This document shows, one piece after another, positions 27,485-38,277 of a stretch of DNA of 64,000 nucleotides. The translations under genes and the position numbers were made by a program. The stretch comes from Candidatus Eiseniibacteriota bacterium. Lineage in GTDB: Bacteria; Eisenbacteria; RBG-16-71-46; SZUA-252. Position 1 is the first letter of the stretch, and each line of letters starts with the position of its first letter. Below the pieces are notes generated by a model that worked only from the letters and a program-made list of their open reading frames with translations, searched no databases and had not been told where the DNA came from. Where the stretch lies: NCBI GenBank assembly GCA_005893165.1, contig VBOR01000057.1:15408-79407 (forward strand), written 5' to 3'.

Positions 27485-28199
27485 GGCGCCCGCGAGGCAT
27501 CCGGCGCCCGCGATCGTGGCGAGGGGACTTGCCAAGACCTATCACGACTCCGCGGCGCCCATCGAGGTGCTCCGGGACGTGAGTCTTTCCGTGGAGCCGG
27601 GGGAGGTGGTGGCGGTGGTGGGGGCTTCGGGCTCGGGAAAATCCACGCTGCTCCACCTGCTCGGCGGACTCGACCGCCCCACCAAGGGCTCGGTGAGGGT
27701 CGGCGGGGCGGAGCTCTCGTCCCTCGACGAGGCCGGCCGCTCGCGGCTGCGGTCCCGCACGGTTGGGTTCGTCTTCCAGTTTCACCAGCTGTTGCCGGAA
27801 TTCACCGCCCTCGAGAACGTGATGATGCCCGGCTGGGTGGCGGGGGCTTCGCGTGCCGCGACCCGCGAGCGGGCGGAGAGCCTCCTCCGGGACCTGGGTT
27901 TAGGGGACCGGGCGGAGCACAAGCCGGGGGAGCTTTCGGGCGGAGAGCAGCAGCGCGTCGCGGTGGCTCGCGCCTTGCATATGAAGCCAGCGGTTCTTCT
28001 GGCGGACGAGCCGACGGGAAATCTGGACCGGCGGGCCTCGGCGATGCTGCTGGAAATCTTCGAGCGGTACCGGTCTCGTGAGCAGCAAGCCATTGTGATT
28101 GCAACACATAATCCCGATGTCGCACAATCGGCCGGCCGGGTGGTTACCCTTGAGGATGGCTATCTCAGGCCGATTAGAATTGAGTCAGGTCGCATCTAA
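27477..28199 (+). CDS. lolD: lipoprotein-releasing ABC ATPase LolD
   Basis: GASGSGKST, GFVFQFHQLLPEF, LSGGEQQRVA, LADEPTGNLD. Confidence 0.9.
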   Translation: MNEAPARHPAPAIVARGLAKTYHDSAAPIEVLRDVSLSVEPGEVVAVVGASGSGKSTLLHLLGGLDRPTKGSVRVGGAELSSLDEAGRSRLRSRTVGFVFQFHQLLPEFTALENVMMPGWVAGASRAATRERAESLLRDLGLGDRAEHKPGELSGGEQQRVAVARALHMKPAVLLADEPTGNLDRRASAMLLEIFERYRSREQQAIVIATHNPDVAQSAGRVVTLEDGYLRPIRIESGRI

Positions 28200-28236
28200 T
28201 TAGTCGGGAGCGTCCGGCCAACCGGAAGGAACGCAC

Positions 28237-28761
28237 ATGCAGTGTCAAATTTGCGCCAAACGGCCGGCGGTCGTCCACTTCACCGAGATCGTCAACAACA
28301 AGAAATCCGAATACCACGTCTGCGAGAAGTGCGCGGAGGAGAAGGGCTACCACGTGCCGCTCGTGAAGACGAAGTTCTCCGTGGGGGATCTGTTGGCGGG
28401 AATGGTGGAACAGCCGGGCTCCGCGGAAGAAGCCCGCGTGGGCCGCGTCCAGTGCCCCAAGTGCGGGCTGGTCTATTCGAATTTCAAGGAGACCGGCCGG
28501 CTGGGCTGCTCGGAGTGCTATCCCACCTTCCGGTCGCAGCTGCGGCCGCTTCTGCGCCGGGTGCACGGCAGCACCAAGCACGTGGGGAAAGCCCCCGTGC
28601 GCGACGCGGCGCGCGTGGCCTTGAGGCGGGAAGTCCAGAGATTGCACGAAGAGCTCCAGAAGGCGGTCGAGCTCGAGGATTTCGAGTCCGCCGCGGGTCT
28701 TCGGGACCGGATCAAGAAGCTCGAGCTGAACGACGTCCGGGCGATCGGAGGCGGGAATTGA
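28237..28761 (+). CDS. mcsA: McsA (CxxC motifs plus UVR domain)
   Basis: Four CxxC pairs, GRLGCSECY, HVGKAP, C-terminal UVR EDFESAAGLRD. Confidence 0.92.
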   Translation: MQCQICAKRPAVVHFTEIVNNKKSEYHVCEKCAEEKGYHVPLVKTKFSVGDLLAGMVEQPGSAEEARVGRVQCPKCGLVYSNFKETGRLGCSECYPTFRSQLRPLLRRVHGSTKHVGKAPVRDAARVALRREVQRLHEELQKAVELEDFESAAGLRDRIKKLELNDVRAIGGGN

Positions 28762-29837
28762 AGCTGACGGGACTCTCCACCTCGCTCGGCCGCTGGCTCG
28801 ACGGATCGGGTCCGGCCTCGGACGTGGTTCTGAGCACGCGGGTCCGCCTCGCGAGAAATCTCTCGGGGGTCCCGTTCACCCATCGCGCGCGCGAAGAGCA
28901 GCTCGTCATGGTGTATTCGAGCGTGCTCTCGGCGGTCCGGAAGACCCCGGCGCTCACGCAATCGCTCGCGCTCGAAATGCGCGAGCTGACTCCGCTCGAT
29001 CGCCAGTTCCTGGTCGAGCGTCATCTCATCAGCAACGACCTCGCGGACAACGGCAAGCTTCGCGGCCTTCTCGTCCTCCCCGACGAGAGCATCTCGGCGA
29101 TGGTGAACGAAGAGGATCATCTGAGGCTTCAGGCGCTCGCTTCCGGATTCCAGCTTCGCGCCGCGTGGGAATCGGTGAACGCCATCGATGATGAATTGGC
29201 GCAGGACCTGGACTATGCTTTCAGCGACGAGCTGGGATACCTGACCGCGTGCCCGACCAACGTCGGCACCGGAATGAGAGCGTCGGTGCTCATCCACCTT
29301 CCCTCTCTGGTGCTCACGAAGCAGATCGGACGCGTGCTCCAGGGAATCACCCAGGTGGGCCTCGCGGTGCGCGGGTTCTACGGCGAAGGATCCCAGATCA
29401 TGGGAAACTTCTTCCAGATCTCGAACCAGACGACGCTGGGCCAGAACGAGCGGGAAACGATCGACAGTCTGGAACGGGTCACCAAGCAGATCATCGATTC
29501 CGAGCAGCGCGCGCGCGACGAGCTCCTGAAAGACGCGAGGGTCCAGATCGAGGACAAGATCTGGCGCGCCTACGGGACCCTGCGCCACAGCCGCGTCATC
29601 TCGTCGCAGGAAGTCGTCAATCTCTCCTCGGCCGTGCGCTTCGGCGTGGCGCTCCGGATCGAGGGTCTGGCCAGCGTACAGACGCTGAACGAGCTTCTGG
29701 TCCGGTCGCAGCCGGCGCACTTGCAAGTCAGGGCGGGCCGCGAGCTCGAGCAGCGCGAACGGAATATCCTGAGAGCGGAATACATTCGAGGTCTCCTCGG
29801 CGAGGGGGGCTCGGTTCCGGTTTCGAGAAGCAACTAG
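28758..29837 (+). CDS. mcsB: protein-arginine kinase McsB
   Basis: STRVRLARN, LVERHLIS, NEEDHLRLQ, GYLTACPTNVGTGMRASV, FQISNQTTLG. Confidence 0.93.
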   Translation: MKLTGLSTSLGRWLDGSGPASDVVLSTRVRLARNLSGVPFTHRAREEQLVMVYSSVLSAVRKTPALTQSLALEMRELTPLDRQFLVERHLISNDLADNGKLRGLLVLPDESISAMVNEEDHLRLQALASGFQLRAAWESVNAIDDELAQDLDYAFSDELGYLTACPTNVGTGMRASVLIHLPSLVLTKQIGRVLQGITQVGLAVRGFYGEGSQIMGNFFQISNQTTLGQNERETIDSLERVTKQIIDSEQRARDELLKDARVQIEDKIWRAYGTLRHSRVISSQEVVNLSSAVRFGVALRIEGLASVQTLNELLVRSQPAHLQVRAGRELEQRERNILRAEYIRGLLGEGGSVPVSRSN

Positions 29838-29864
29838 CCGAAATGGTGGGGGAGGTCGAGATCC

Positions 29865-32153
29865 ATGCATGACAAGTTCACGGAACGCGTGCGGAAGGTG
29901 ATGTATCTCGCGCGGGAAGAGGCCGCGCGGCTTCAGCACGATTACATCGGCACCGAGCACCTGCTCCTCGGGGTCATCCGCGAGGGAGAAGGCATCGCGG
30001 CCACGGTGCTGAACAACCTGGGGCTCGATCTGGACGCGATCCGCCAGGCGGTCGAGAGCATGGTCTCCTCGACCGGCGGCACGCTCACGATCGGGGAGAT
30101 CCCCTTCACGCCGCGCGCGAAGCGCGTGCTCGAATTGAGCGTCGACGAGGCGCGCCAGCTGGGGCACAACTACGTCGGCACGGAGCATCTCCTCCTGGGG
30201 CTCATCCGGGAAGGGGAAGGGGTCGCCGCGCGCGTCTTGCTGGAGCTGGGGGTGGATCGGAAGAAGGTCCGCGAGGAGACCCTGAAGCTCCTGGGCGGGA
30301 CCGACCGAGTCATCCAGGTCCTCTCCCGCCGCAAGAAAAACAATCCGATCCTGATCGGAGAGCCGGGCGTGGGCAAGACCGCCATCGCCGAAGGGCTCGC
30401 GGAGCGGATCGTCGAGAACAAGGTCCCCGAGACCCTCAAGGACAAGCGGATCGTCACCCTGGACCTCGCCGCCGTCGTGGCGGGCACCAAGTACCGCGGT
30501 CAGTTCGAGGAGCGCCTCAAGGCGGTCATGAACGAGATCCGCGAGTCCAAGGACACGATCATCTTCATCGACGAGCTCCACACGATCGTCGGCGCGGGGG
30601 GCGCGGAGGGGGCGATCGACGCCTCCAACATGCTGAAGCCGGCCCTGGCGCGCGGCGAGCTCCAGTGCATCGGCGCGACCACCCTGGACGAGTTCCGCAA
30701 GTACATCGAGAAGGACGGGGCCCTGGAGCGGCGGTTCCAGCCGATCATGGTGGACCCGCCCTCCGTGGATCAGACGATCCAGATCATCCGCGGGCTGCGC
30801 GACAAGTACGAAGCGCACCATGGCGCCAAGTATTCCGACGATTCCATCGTGCAGGCGGTCAAGCTGGCCGACCGCTACATCAACGACCGCTTCTTACCCG
30901 ATAAGGCAATCGACGTGATCGACGAGGCGGGTGCGAGCGCGAGGCTCAGCATCTCGGCCATTCCGACCGAGGTGCGCGAGCTGGAGAAGCAGGTGGAAGA
31001 GGTCGCCAAGGAGAAGGAGGCCGCCATCCAGCAGCAGGAATTCGAGAAGGCGGCGCGCTTCCGCGACAAGGAGAAGGATCTTCGCTCGAAGCTCCGCGAG
31101 CACAAGAAGACCTGGACCGAGATCAAGCACGAGAAGGAAGCGCTCGTCGACGTGGACCTGATCGCCAAGGTCATCTCGCGCATGACGAGCATCCCGATCG
31201 CCCGCCTCGAGGAGAAGGAATCGGAGAAGCTGCTCCGCATGGAAGAGGAGCTCCGGAAATCGATCGTGGGCCAGGAGGAAGCGGTGGCCGCCGTCTCCCG
31301 CGCCATCCGGCGCAATCGCGCCGGCCTTCGCGACCCGCGCCGTCCGATCGGATCCTTCATCTTCCTGGGCCCGACCGGGGTCGGCAAGACCGAGCTGGCG
31401 CGCGTTCTGGCGCGCTTCCTCTTCGACGATCCCGATGCCCTGATCCGGATCGATATGTCCGAATACATGGAAAAATTCTCGGTTTCCCGGCTCATCGGGG
31501 CGCCTCCGGGGTACGTAGGACATGAGGAGGGCGGGCAGCTCACGGAGAAGGTGCGTCGCAAGCCCTACTCGGTGGTCCTCCTCGACGAGATCGAGAAGGC
31601 GCACCCGGACGTGTTCAACATCCTTCTCCAAGTGCTGGACGACGGGCAGCTGACCGACAGCCTGCGCCGGAAGGTGGATTTCAAGAACACCGTGCTCATC
31701 ATGACGTCGAACCTGGGAGCACGGCAGATCAAGGGAGGCCGGGGTCTGGGCTTCACCGACCGGGAAGGCGGGTCGAATTACGTGATCATGAAGAACACGA
31801 TCATGGATGAAGTGAAACGGGTCTTCAATCCCGAGTTCCTGAACCGCATCGACGAGATGATCGTGTTCCATCCGCTCGATCGCCCGCAGATGGGATCCAT
31901 CACGAAGATCCTGCTCGGGCAGGTCGCGGACCGGATGAAGGGGAGCGGGATCACGCTGAACTTCGAGGACGAGGTCGTGGATCTGCTCATCCAGAAGGGC
32001 TTCGACGAGGCGCTGGGAGCGCGTCCGCTCAAGCGGAGCATCCAGAAACTGATCGAAGATCCGCTTTCGGAGCACGTTCTGCGCGGCCAGCTGAAGGAGG
32101 GAAGCGACGTTTTGGTTTCCCGCCGGGGTGACGAGCTGATTTTCGCCTCTTGA
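29865..32153 (+). CDS. clpC: ATP-dependent Clp protease ATPase ClpC; in-frame internal gap at ~30301
   Basis: Two Clp-N repeats, [12 protein letters not shown]-domain, GPTGVGKT; the linker and LDPVIGR segment are missing between LLGG and DRVIQ. Confidence 0.93.
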   Translation: MHDKFTERVRKVMYLAREEAARLQHDYIGTEHLLLGVIREGEGIAATVLNNLGLDLDAIRQAVESMVSSTGGTLTIGEIPFTPRAKRVLELSVDEARQLGHNYVGTEHLLLGLIREGEGVAARVLLELGVDRKKVREETLKLLGGTDRVIQVLSRRKKNNPILIGEPGVGKTAIAEGLAERIVENKVPETLKDKRIVTLDLAAVVAGTKYRGQFEERLKAVMNEIRESKDTIIFIDELHTIVGAGGAEGAIDASNMLKPALARGELQCIGATTLDEFRKYIEKDGALERRFQPIMVDPPSVDQTIQIIRGLRDKYEAHHGAKYSDDSIVQAVKLADRYINDRFLPDKAIDVIDEAGASARLSISAIPTEVRELEKQVEEVAKEKEAAIQQQEFEKAARFRDKEKDLRSKLREHKKTWTEIKHEKEALVDVDLIAKVISRMTSIPIARLEEKESEKLLRMEEELRKSIVGQEEAVAAVSRAIRRNRAGLRDPRRPIGSFIFLGPTGVGKTELARVLARFLFDDPDALIRIDMSEYMEKFSVSRLIGAPPGYVGHEEGGQLTEKVRRKPYSVVLLDEIEKAHPDVFNILLQVLDDGQLTDSLRRKVDFKNTVLIMTSNLGARQIKGGRGLGFTDREGGSNYVIMKNTIMDEVKRVFNPEFLNRIDEMIVFHPLDRPQMGSITKILLGQVADRMKGSGITLNFEDEVVDLLIQKGFDEALGARPLKRSIQKLIEDPLSEHVLRGQLKEGSDVLVSRRGDELIFAS

Positions 32154-34573
32154 GGCATTCCAAGAACATTCGAGAGCCGCAAGGACGCGGCGCGCGGCCG
32201 CTACGGCTTCGCGCGTCCGTCCTGGCTTGGGTCCCGCTCCTGTTGAGCCTCGGCACGACCGCGCCCGCTCTGGCGCAGGCGCCCGCCCCGCCCGTGACGC
32301 CGTCCCCCGGCGCGCTCCTGGCGGACTCTCTTGCGGTGCCGGCGGACACCTCCGCCGCTCCCGCGCAGACGATCCGGAGCGTCTCCGCCGCGGGATACGT
32401 CAACGTCGATTCCCTGGTGGTCATCCGCACCTTCGGGATGCCCGCCGGCCAGCCCTACGACCCCCGCGAGGTGCGCGTGGCCGTCCGGAGGCTCTTCGCG
32501 ACGGGACTCTTCACGGACGTGACGGTGAGCGACGCCCCGGTTTCGGGCGGCGTTGCGCTCACGATCCACGTCCAGGAGCGCCCTCGCGTGAAGGAGATCG
32601 TGTTCCACGGCGCGAAGAAGATCGAGGAGAAGACCCTCAAGGAGAAGCTCACGCTCGCCGAGGGACAGCTTCTCGACACGGGAACCCTGGAGCTGGATGC
32701 GCGCAAGATCGAATCGGCCTACGCCGCCGATGGCTACGCCCACACGAGGGTCACGGCGCGCACCGAGCCGGCCGGGGCGGGAGCGATCCGGGTGGTGTTC
32801 GACGTTCAGGAGGGAGCGAAGGTCAAGGTCCGGGCCGTGGTCTTCCATGGAAACCAGACCTTGAAGAGCGAGGCGCTCGCCAAGGCCATGGAAAGCAAGA
32901 AGCCCGGGTTCCTCCGGAGCGGGGTGTTCAAGCCGGAGCATCTCGACAAGGACGAGACGAAGCTTCGCCTCTACATGCGCACGCGCGGATACAAGGACGC
33001 GGACGTGGACTCCATCGTGCCGGCGGACGTGCCGGACGGAAAGGGAGTCATCCTCCACGTCTTCCTGCGCGAAGGCCCGCGCTACCGGTTCGGGCAGCTC
33101 ACCTGGACGGGCAACACGGCGGTCCCGACGTCCGCGCTGGTCCTGGCCACGGTGCCGAAGCCGGGCACCATCTACAACGAGGCCCAGGTCCAGAAGACGC
33201 TCGAGAACGCGTACACGCTCTACCAAGAGCAGGGATATCTCTTCCTCTCGATCGATCCCAAGATGGCCGACCGCGACTCCATCGTGGACGTGGATTTCCA
33301 GGTGCAGGAGGGAACACGCTCGAAGATCGCGAACCTCGAGATCACCGGGAACACGCGAACGAGGGAGAACGTGATTCGCCGTGAGGCCAGCGTCTATCCG
33401 GGGGACATCTTCCGCCGCTCGACGCTCATGCGCACCCAGCGGGACATCTTCGGGCTCGGCTACTTCCAGGACGTGAACGTGGACTACGAGCCGACCGGAG
33501 ACAGCGCGGACATCAACCTCACCCTCAAAGTGCAGGAGAAACAGACCGGCACCGCCAGCGCGGGCGCGGGGTACTCGAGTCAGACCGGACTTACCGGATT
33601 CGTCGAGCTGGGGCACAACAATCTCTTCGGCAAGGGACAGAGCGTCAATATCCGGGTCGAGCGCGGCAGCAAGCGAAACGACCTCGAGCTCTCCTACACG
33701 GAGCCCTGGTTCCGGGACACGCCGCTCAGCGTCGGCTTCGACATCTTCAACACGCGCCGGGACCTGGACTTCTACCGGCGGAAAGACGTCGGTGGAGGCG
33801 TCCGTCTCGGGCGTCCGCTGCGCTGGCCCGACTACACGCGCGGGATCATCTCCTACGATCTTCGCGACGTGACCCTCAGCGATTTCGTCCTGCCGCGGGC
33901 CGGGGAGCCTTCGAATCTCCAGGAGCTGCGCAACACCAAGTGGCCGCGCCGCGTGAGCAGCGTGACCTTGACCTTCAATCGGAACAGCACCGACAACCCC
34001 TTCTACCCGTCCAAGGGGTCGAAAATCATCTCGATGAACGAGGTCGCGGGGGGTCTTCTGGGGGGCGTCGAGTCCTTCTACAAGGAGACCTTCGAGAACA
34101 AGTCCTACACGCGCCTGGGCGGGCCGTTCGTGCTCATGGTCCGCGGGAAGACGGGGTTCCTGGGAGGGGGCCAGGTCCCCGACTACGAGCGTTTCCGGCT
34201 CGGAGGAACCACGGTGGACTACCTGCGCGGTTACCCCGACTACTACGTGGTACCCCGCGCCAACATCACGCGGGATTCCCTAACCGGCGCAATTCTGGAC
34301 CGTTACCCCGGCGGCAAGACCATGCTCATCCTTACGAGCGAGCTCCAGTTCCCGATCGCGGACCCGCTCCATGGACTTCTCTTCTTCGAGGCGGGGAATA
34401 CCTGGAACTCGACCCGCGATCTGGACCTTGGTGATCTAAGGAAGAGCATTGGGTTTGGCGTGCGTTTGGAGGTGCCCGCGCTCGGCCGAATCGGGTTCGA
34501 TCTGGGGTATGGTCTGGACCGGGAGGAAGGATCTCGCTGGGAGCCCCATTTCCAGCTGGGCAACACATTCTAG
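32150..34573 (+). CDS. bamA: outer membrane protein assembly factor BamA
   Basis: Five POTRA repeats (e.g. GNTRTRENVIRRE), barrel with LRGY motif, C-terminal Phe; exact start uncertain. Confidence 0.92.
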   Translation: MRHSKNIREPQGRGARPLRLRASVLAWVPLLLSLGTTAPALAQAPAPPVTPSPGALLADSLAVPADTSAAPAQTIRSVSAAGYVNVDSLVVIRTFGMPAGQPYDPREVRVAVRRLFATGLFTDVTVSDAPVSGGVALTIHVQERPRVKEIVFHGAKKIEEKTLKEKLTLAEGQLLDTGTLELDARKIESAYAADGYAHTRVTARTEPAGAGAIRVVFDVQEGAKVKVRAVVFHGNQTLKSEALAKAMESKKPGFLRSGVFKPEHLDKDETKLRLYMRTRGYKDADVDSIVPADVPDGKGVILHVFLREGPRYRFGQLTWTGNTAVPTSALVLATVPKPGTIYNEAQVQKTLENAYTLYQEQGYLFLSIDPKMADRDSIVDVDFQVQEGTRSKIANLEITGNTRTRENVIRREASVYPGDIFRRSTLMRTQRDIFGLGYFQDVNVDYEPTGDSADINLTLKVQEKQTGTASAGAGYSSQTGLTGFVELGHNNLFGKGQSVNIRVERGSKRNDLELSYTEPWFRDTPLSVGFDIFNTRRDLDFYRRKDVGGGVRLGRPLRWPDYTRGIISYDLRDVTLSDFVLPRAGEPSNLQELRNTKWPRRVSSVTLTFNRNSTDNPFYPSKGSKIISMNEVAGGLLGGVESFYKETFENKSYTRLGGPFVLMVRGKTGFLGGGQVPDYERFRLGGTTVDYLRGYPDYYVVPRANITRDSLTGAILDRYPGGKTMLILTSELQFPIADPLHGLLFFEAGNTWNSTRDLDLGDLRKSIGFGVRLEVPALGRIGFDLGYGLDREEGSRWEPHFQLGNTF

Positions 34574-34589
34574 CAGAAGGGATTAGCTT

Positions 34590-35012
34590 ATGACTCGACA
34601 GCGACCACTGCGTGCGGTAGTCTGGGCGATCGCATTTTGTTGCCTTGGGCTGCCGGCCTTTGTGAGCGCGGCCGATCTCAAGATCGGCTTCATTGACTCC
34701 GAGCGGATCTTTGCCGAGTATCCCGGCACGCAGGAGGCGCAGAGGTCCTTCAACCGGGAAGTCCAGGACCTCACGAAGACGGCCAAGGAAAAGAAGGCCG
34801 AGATCGACGATCTCCAGCGCAAGCTGGACGCTCAGGGACCCATGTTGAGCGAGGCGAAGCGGGACGAGCAGAACCAGGCGCTGCAGAAGAAAATCGCCGA
34901 CTACGAAACGTTCGTTCAGAAGAACTGGGGACCGCAAGGCGAGGTCTCGAAGATGAACGAGCGGTTCCTGAAGCCGATCGTGGATCGCGTGCACAAGATC
35001 GTCAGGCCGTAG
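34590..35012 (+). CDS. skp: Skp/OmpH periplasmic chaperone, apparently C-terminally truncated
   Basis: Signal peptide, LKIGFIDSERIF, coiled coil; ends at KPIVDRVHKIVRP without the usual C-terminal strands. Confidence 0.82.
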   Translation: MTRQRPLRAVVWAIAFCCLGLPAFVSAADLKIGFIDSERIFAEYPGTQEAQRSFNREVQDLTKTAKEKKAEIDDLQRKLDAQGPMLSEAKRDEQNQALQKKIADYETFVQKNWGPQGEVSKMNERFLKPIVDRVHKIVRP

Positions 35013-35055
35013 ATTCCCGGAGCGGGTAGCGCAACCGATTCAAAGGGAGTCCACC

Positions 35056-36093
35056 ATGAAGGTCACGCTGGAGGCGGTCGCGAGGGCGATCGACGGTACG
35101 GTCGTCGGCGATGGTTCCGTCGAGATCACCGGCGTGGCCGGCATTCGCGAGGCGCGGGAAGGGGACCTCACCTTTCTCGCCAATCCCCGCTACGAGCCCT
35201 ATCTCGAGCTGACCCAGGCTTCCGCGGTCATCGTTTCCGAGAACCACCGGAACATCGGCAAGCCGCTCATCCAGAATCCCAACCCCTACCTCGCCTTTCT
35301 CAAGGCGGTCCGGTTCTTCGCGGGAGACGCGGAGCGGCCGTGCTCAGGGATCCATCCCACCGCCGTCATCGCCCCGGACGCCGTCGTCGCGGAGGACGCC
35401 TCGATCGGTCCGCACGCGGTGATCGAGCCCGGGGCCAAGATCGGCTCGCGCTCGATCGTCCAGGCGGGCTGCTACGTGGGCGCGCGGGCGCGGCTGGGGG
35501 ACGAGGTGCTGCTCTATCCCAACGTGACCATCCGCGAAGCGTGCGTGCTGGGGGATCGCGTCATCGTGCACTCCGGAACGGTCGTCGGGAGCGACGGGTT
35601 CGGCTTCGTCCGCGACGGCGACGTGTACCGGAAGCTTCCCCAGGTGGGAATCGTGGAGATCGGGGACGACGTGGAGATCGGCGCGAACGTCACGATCGAC
35701 CGCGCCACCACCGGGACGACGCGAATCGGCGCCGGGAGCAAGATCGACAACCTGGTCCAGATCGCGCACAACGTCCAGATCGGGAAGAGCTGCATCATCG
35801 TCGCCCAGGTGGGCATCTCGGGCAGCACCGTGCTCGGGGACCACGTGGTCCTCGCGGGGCAGGTGGGCGTCGTGGGGCACATCGAGATCGGCGACGGCGC
35901 CAGCGTGGGCGCCCAATCGGGAGTCTCCAAGTCCGTGAAGCCCGGAGAGCGCATGTTCGGCTATCCGGCCATGCCGCTCCGGCAGGCGAAGCGCATCGAG
36001 GCGAGCATTCGGAACCTGCCCGAGCTCATCCAGACGGTGCGCCGACTGAAGCGCCGCTTGGACGAACTCGAGGGCTCCAAAGAGCCGCGGTGA
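35056..36093 (+). CDS. lpxD: UDP-3-O-acylglucosamine N-acyltransferase
   Basis: NPYLAF, hexapeptide repeats, GSDGFGF, IDRAT, KIDNLVQIAHNV. Confidence 0.95.
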   Translation: MKVTLEAVARAIDGTVVGDGSVEITGVAGIREAREGDLTFLANPRYEPYLELTQASAVIVSENHRNIGKPLIQNPNPYLAFLKAVRFFAGDAERPCSGIHPTAVIAPDAVVAEDASIGPHAVIEPGAKIGSRSIVQAGCYVGARARLGDEVLLYPNVTIREACVLGDRVIVHSGTVVGSDGFGFVRDGDVYRKLPQVGIVEIGDDVEIGANVTIDRATTGTTRIGAGSKIDNLVQIAHNVQIGKSCIIVAQVGISGSTVLGDHVVLAGQVGVVGHIEIGDGASVGAQSGVSKSVKPGERMFGYPAMPLRQAKRIEASIRNLPELIQTVRRLKRRLDELEGSKEPR

Positions 36094-37430
36094 GCGCCAC
36101 CACCCAGCGCACCATCCAGAAGCCCACTTCCTTCGAGGGCGTGGGACTCCACACGGGAGTGCCCTGCCGCGTGGAATTCCGTCCCGCCCCGCCCGACTCG
36201 GGGATCCGCTTCGTCCGCCTCGATCTTCCGGGCTCCCCGGAGATTCCCGTGTCTCCCCGCTACGCGCGCGCCGATACCGCCGAGATGCGCCGCACGATCT
36301 TGAAGGCGGGGGACGCGGAAGTGCACACCGTGGAGCACATCCTCGCGGCGGCCGCGGGGCTCGAGATCGACAATCTCGTGATCGCCCTGACCGCCAAGGA
36401 GCCCGCCGAGCCGCGCGACGGGAGCGCCGCGCCTTACGTGCGGATGTTCCAGGAAGCGGGAATCGTGGATCAGGGAGTGCCCCGGCATTATTTCCGCGTG
36501 AGCGAGCCGGTGCGCTACGAGGAGGACGGGGTGGTCCTGGTGGCGTTGCCGCACGACGGTCTGCGGATCGACTTCACGATCGAATACGACAACGCCTACC
36601 TCGGCACCCAGCATGCGACCTACGACATCGACAAGGACGTCTTCGTGAAGGAGATCGCGCCCGCCAGAACCTTCGTGCTCCAGCGCGACGTGGACGCGCT
36701 TCGCGCGCGGGGGATGATCCTGGGGGGCACCCTCCAGAACGCCGTCGTGGTCCAGCCGAAGGGAATCCTGAACCAGGAGCCCTTGCGCTTCGAGAACGAG
36801 TTCGTGCGGCACAAGATCCTCGATTTCCTGGGGGATCTCTACCTGCTCGGCCGCCCCGCCCTGGGGCATTTCGTCTCGATCAAGTCGGGACACGCGACCA
36901 ACGTGCGCTTCGTCCAGCGCCTCGCCGCGACGGAGCGTCTCGAGAGCGCCGTGCGCTCCGGGATGGGGAACGGGAACCCCGGACCCCTCCAGCTCGACAT
37001 CACGGCGATCATGAAGATCATGCCGCACCGGTATCCGTTCCTCCTCATCGACCGCATCCTGAGCCTGGAGGAGAACCGGGTCGTCGGGATCAAGAACGTC
37101 ACGATCAACGAGCCCTTTTTCGTCGGACACTTCCCCGGCCACCCCATCATGCCCGCGGTGCTCATCATCGAGGCGATGGCCCAATGTGGCGGGGTCCTGC
37201 TCATGAACAGCAACGCGGTGGATAACCCGAAGGAGAAGCTGGTGTACTTCATCGGAATCGACCGGGCCAAGTTCCGGAAACCGGTCCGGCCGGGAGACCA
37301 GCTTCGATTCGAGCTCACGCTCCTTCGCCTGAAATCACGGATCTGCAAAATGGAGGGGAAGGCCTACGTCGATGGAGACCTCGTCGCGGAAGCAGAGCTT
37401 CTCTCAAGCATTGTCGATCGCGATTCCTGA
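36090..37430 (+). CDS. lpxC: bifunctional LpxC deacetylase / FabZ dehydratase fusion
   Basis: QRTI...GVGLHTG, TVEHIL, APARTF, RHKILDFLGD, then PHRYPFLLID, GHFPGHPIMPAVLIIEAMAQ. Confidence 0.95.
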   Translation: MSATTQRTIQKPTSFEGVGLHTGVPCRVEFRPAPPDSGIRFVRLDLPGSPEIPVSPRYARADTAEMRRTILKAGDAEVHTVEHILAAAAGLEIDNLVIALTAKEPAEPRDGSAAPYVRMFQEAGIVDQGVPRHYFRVSEPVRYEEDGVVLVALPHDGLRIDFTIEYDNAYLGTQHATYDIDKDVFVKEIAPARTFVLQRDVDALRARGMILGGTLQNAVVVQPKGILNQEPLRFENEFVRHKILDFLGDLYLLGRPALGHFVSIKSGHATNVRFVQRLAATERLESAVRSGMGNGNPGPLQLDITAIMKIMPHRYPFLLIDRILSLEENRVVGIKNVTINEPFFVGHFPGHPIMPAVLIIEAMAQCGGVLLMNSNAVDNPKEKLVYFIGIDRAKFRKPVRPGDQLRFELTLLRLKSRICKMEGKAYVDGDLVAEAELLSSIVDRDS

Positions 37431-37461
37431 GGCGGACGGACTCACCGGCACCTGGGCACGG

Positions 37462-38277
37462 GTGCCGGGGACGGTGGTCCCGTTCCCCGAGCTCCTCGAT
37501 ACCCGGCCCGCGGTCCATCCGACCGCGATCGTCGCGAAGGGAGCGGAGCTGGGACCGGGGGTGGTCATCGGACCCTTCGCCTACGTCGGACCGAGGGTGA
37601 GGCTGGGCGAGGGCACGCAGGTCGGGCTCCACGCCATCCTCGAGGGAAGGACGACGCTCGGCCCGCGCTGCCAGGTGCATCACGGGGCCGTGATCGGAAA
37701 CATTCCGCAAGACTTGAAATATCGCGGCGCCCCGAGCGAGGTGGTCATCGGGCACGATACGGTCATCCGCGAGTACGCCACCGTCCACGCCGCCACCGAG
37801 GAGCACGAATCCACGATCGTCGGCGATCACGTCCTTCTCATGGCCTACGCGCACATCGCGCACAATTGTCGCATCGGAAACCACGTGATCCTCGCGAACG
37901 CGGTCAACCTCGCGGGACACGTCCGCGTGGACGATTACGCCATCATCGGCGGCATGACGCCGGTGCACCAGTTCGTGACCATCGGTTGCCACGCCTTCGT
38001 GGGAGGCGGGTCACGGGTGCCTCAGGACGTGCCTCCGTACGTGAAGGCGGCCGGCAATCCGCTCCGCGCGTGCGGCCTCAACTCGATCGGAATGGACCGC
38101 CGCGGCATTCCCGCGGAGGTCCGGCTGGAGCTGAAGCGCGCCTACCGCGTTCTCTACCGCTCGCAGCTCAACGTGGCCCAGGCGCTCTCGAAGATCGCGC
38201 GAGACCTGAAACCGTACCCCGAGATCCATGAGCTCGTCGAGTTCGTGCGCAGCTCGGAGCGAGGCATCGTGCGGTGA
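37462..38277 (+). CDS. lpxA: UDP-GlcNAc (or GlcNAc3N) acyltransferase LpxA
   Basis: VHPTAIV, PQDLKY, IREYATVH, MAYAHIAHNC, LAGHV, HQF, QDVPPY; start uncertain (ORF open from 37372). Confidence 0.93.
   Translation: MPGTVVPFPELLDTRPAVHPTAIVAKGAELGPGVVIGPFAYVGPRVRLGEGTQVGLHAILEGRTTLGPRCQVHHGAVIGNIPQDLKYRGAPSEVVIGHDTVIREYATVHAATEEHESTIVGDHVLLMAYAHIAHNCRIGNHVILANAVNLAGHVRVDDYAIIGGMTPVHQFVTIGCHAFVGGGSRVPQDVPPYVKAAGNPLRACGLNSIGMDRRGIPAEVRLELKRAYRVLYRSQLNVAQALSKIARDLKPYPEIHELVEFVRSSERGIVR

Noticed and set aside
28150-28236. CtsR or CIRCE operator and promoter upstream of mcsA
   Set aside because: No CtsR heptad repeat or CIRCE inverted repeat; the best -35/-10 pair has an atypical 19-nt spacer.
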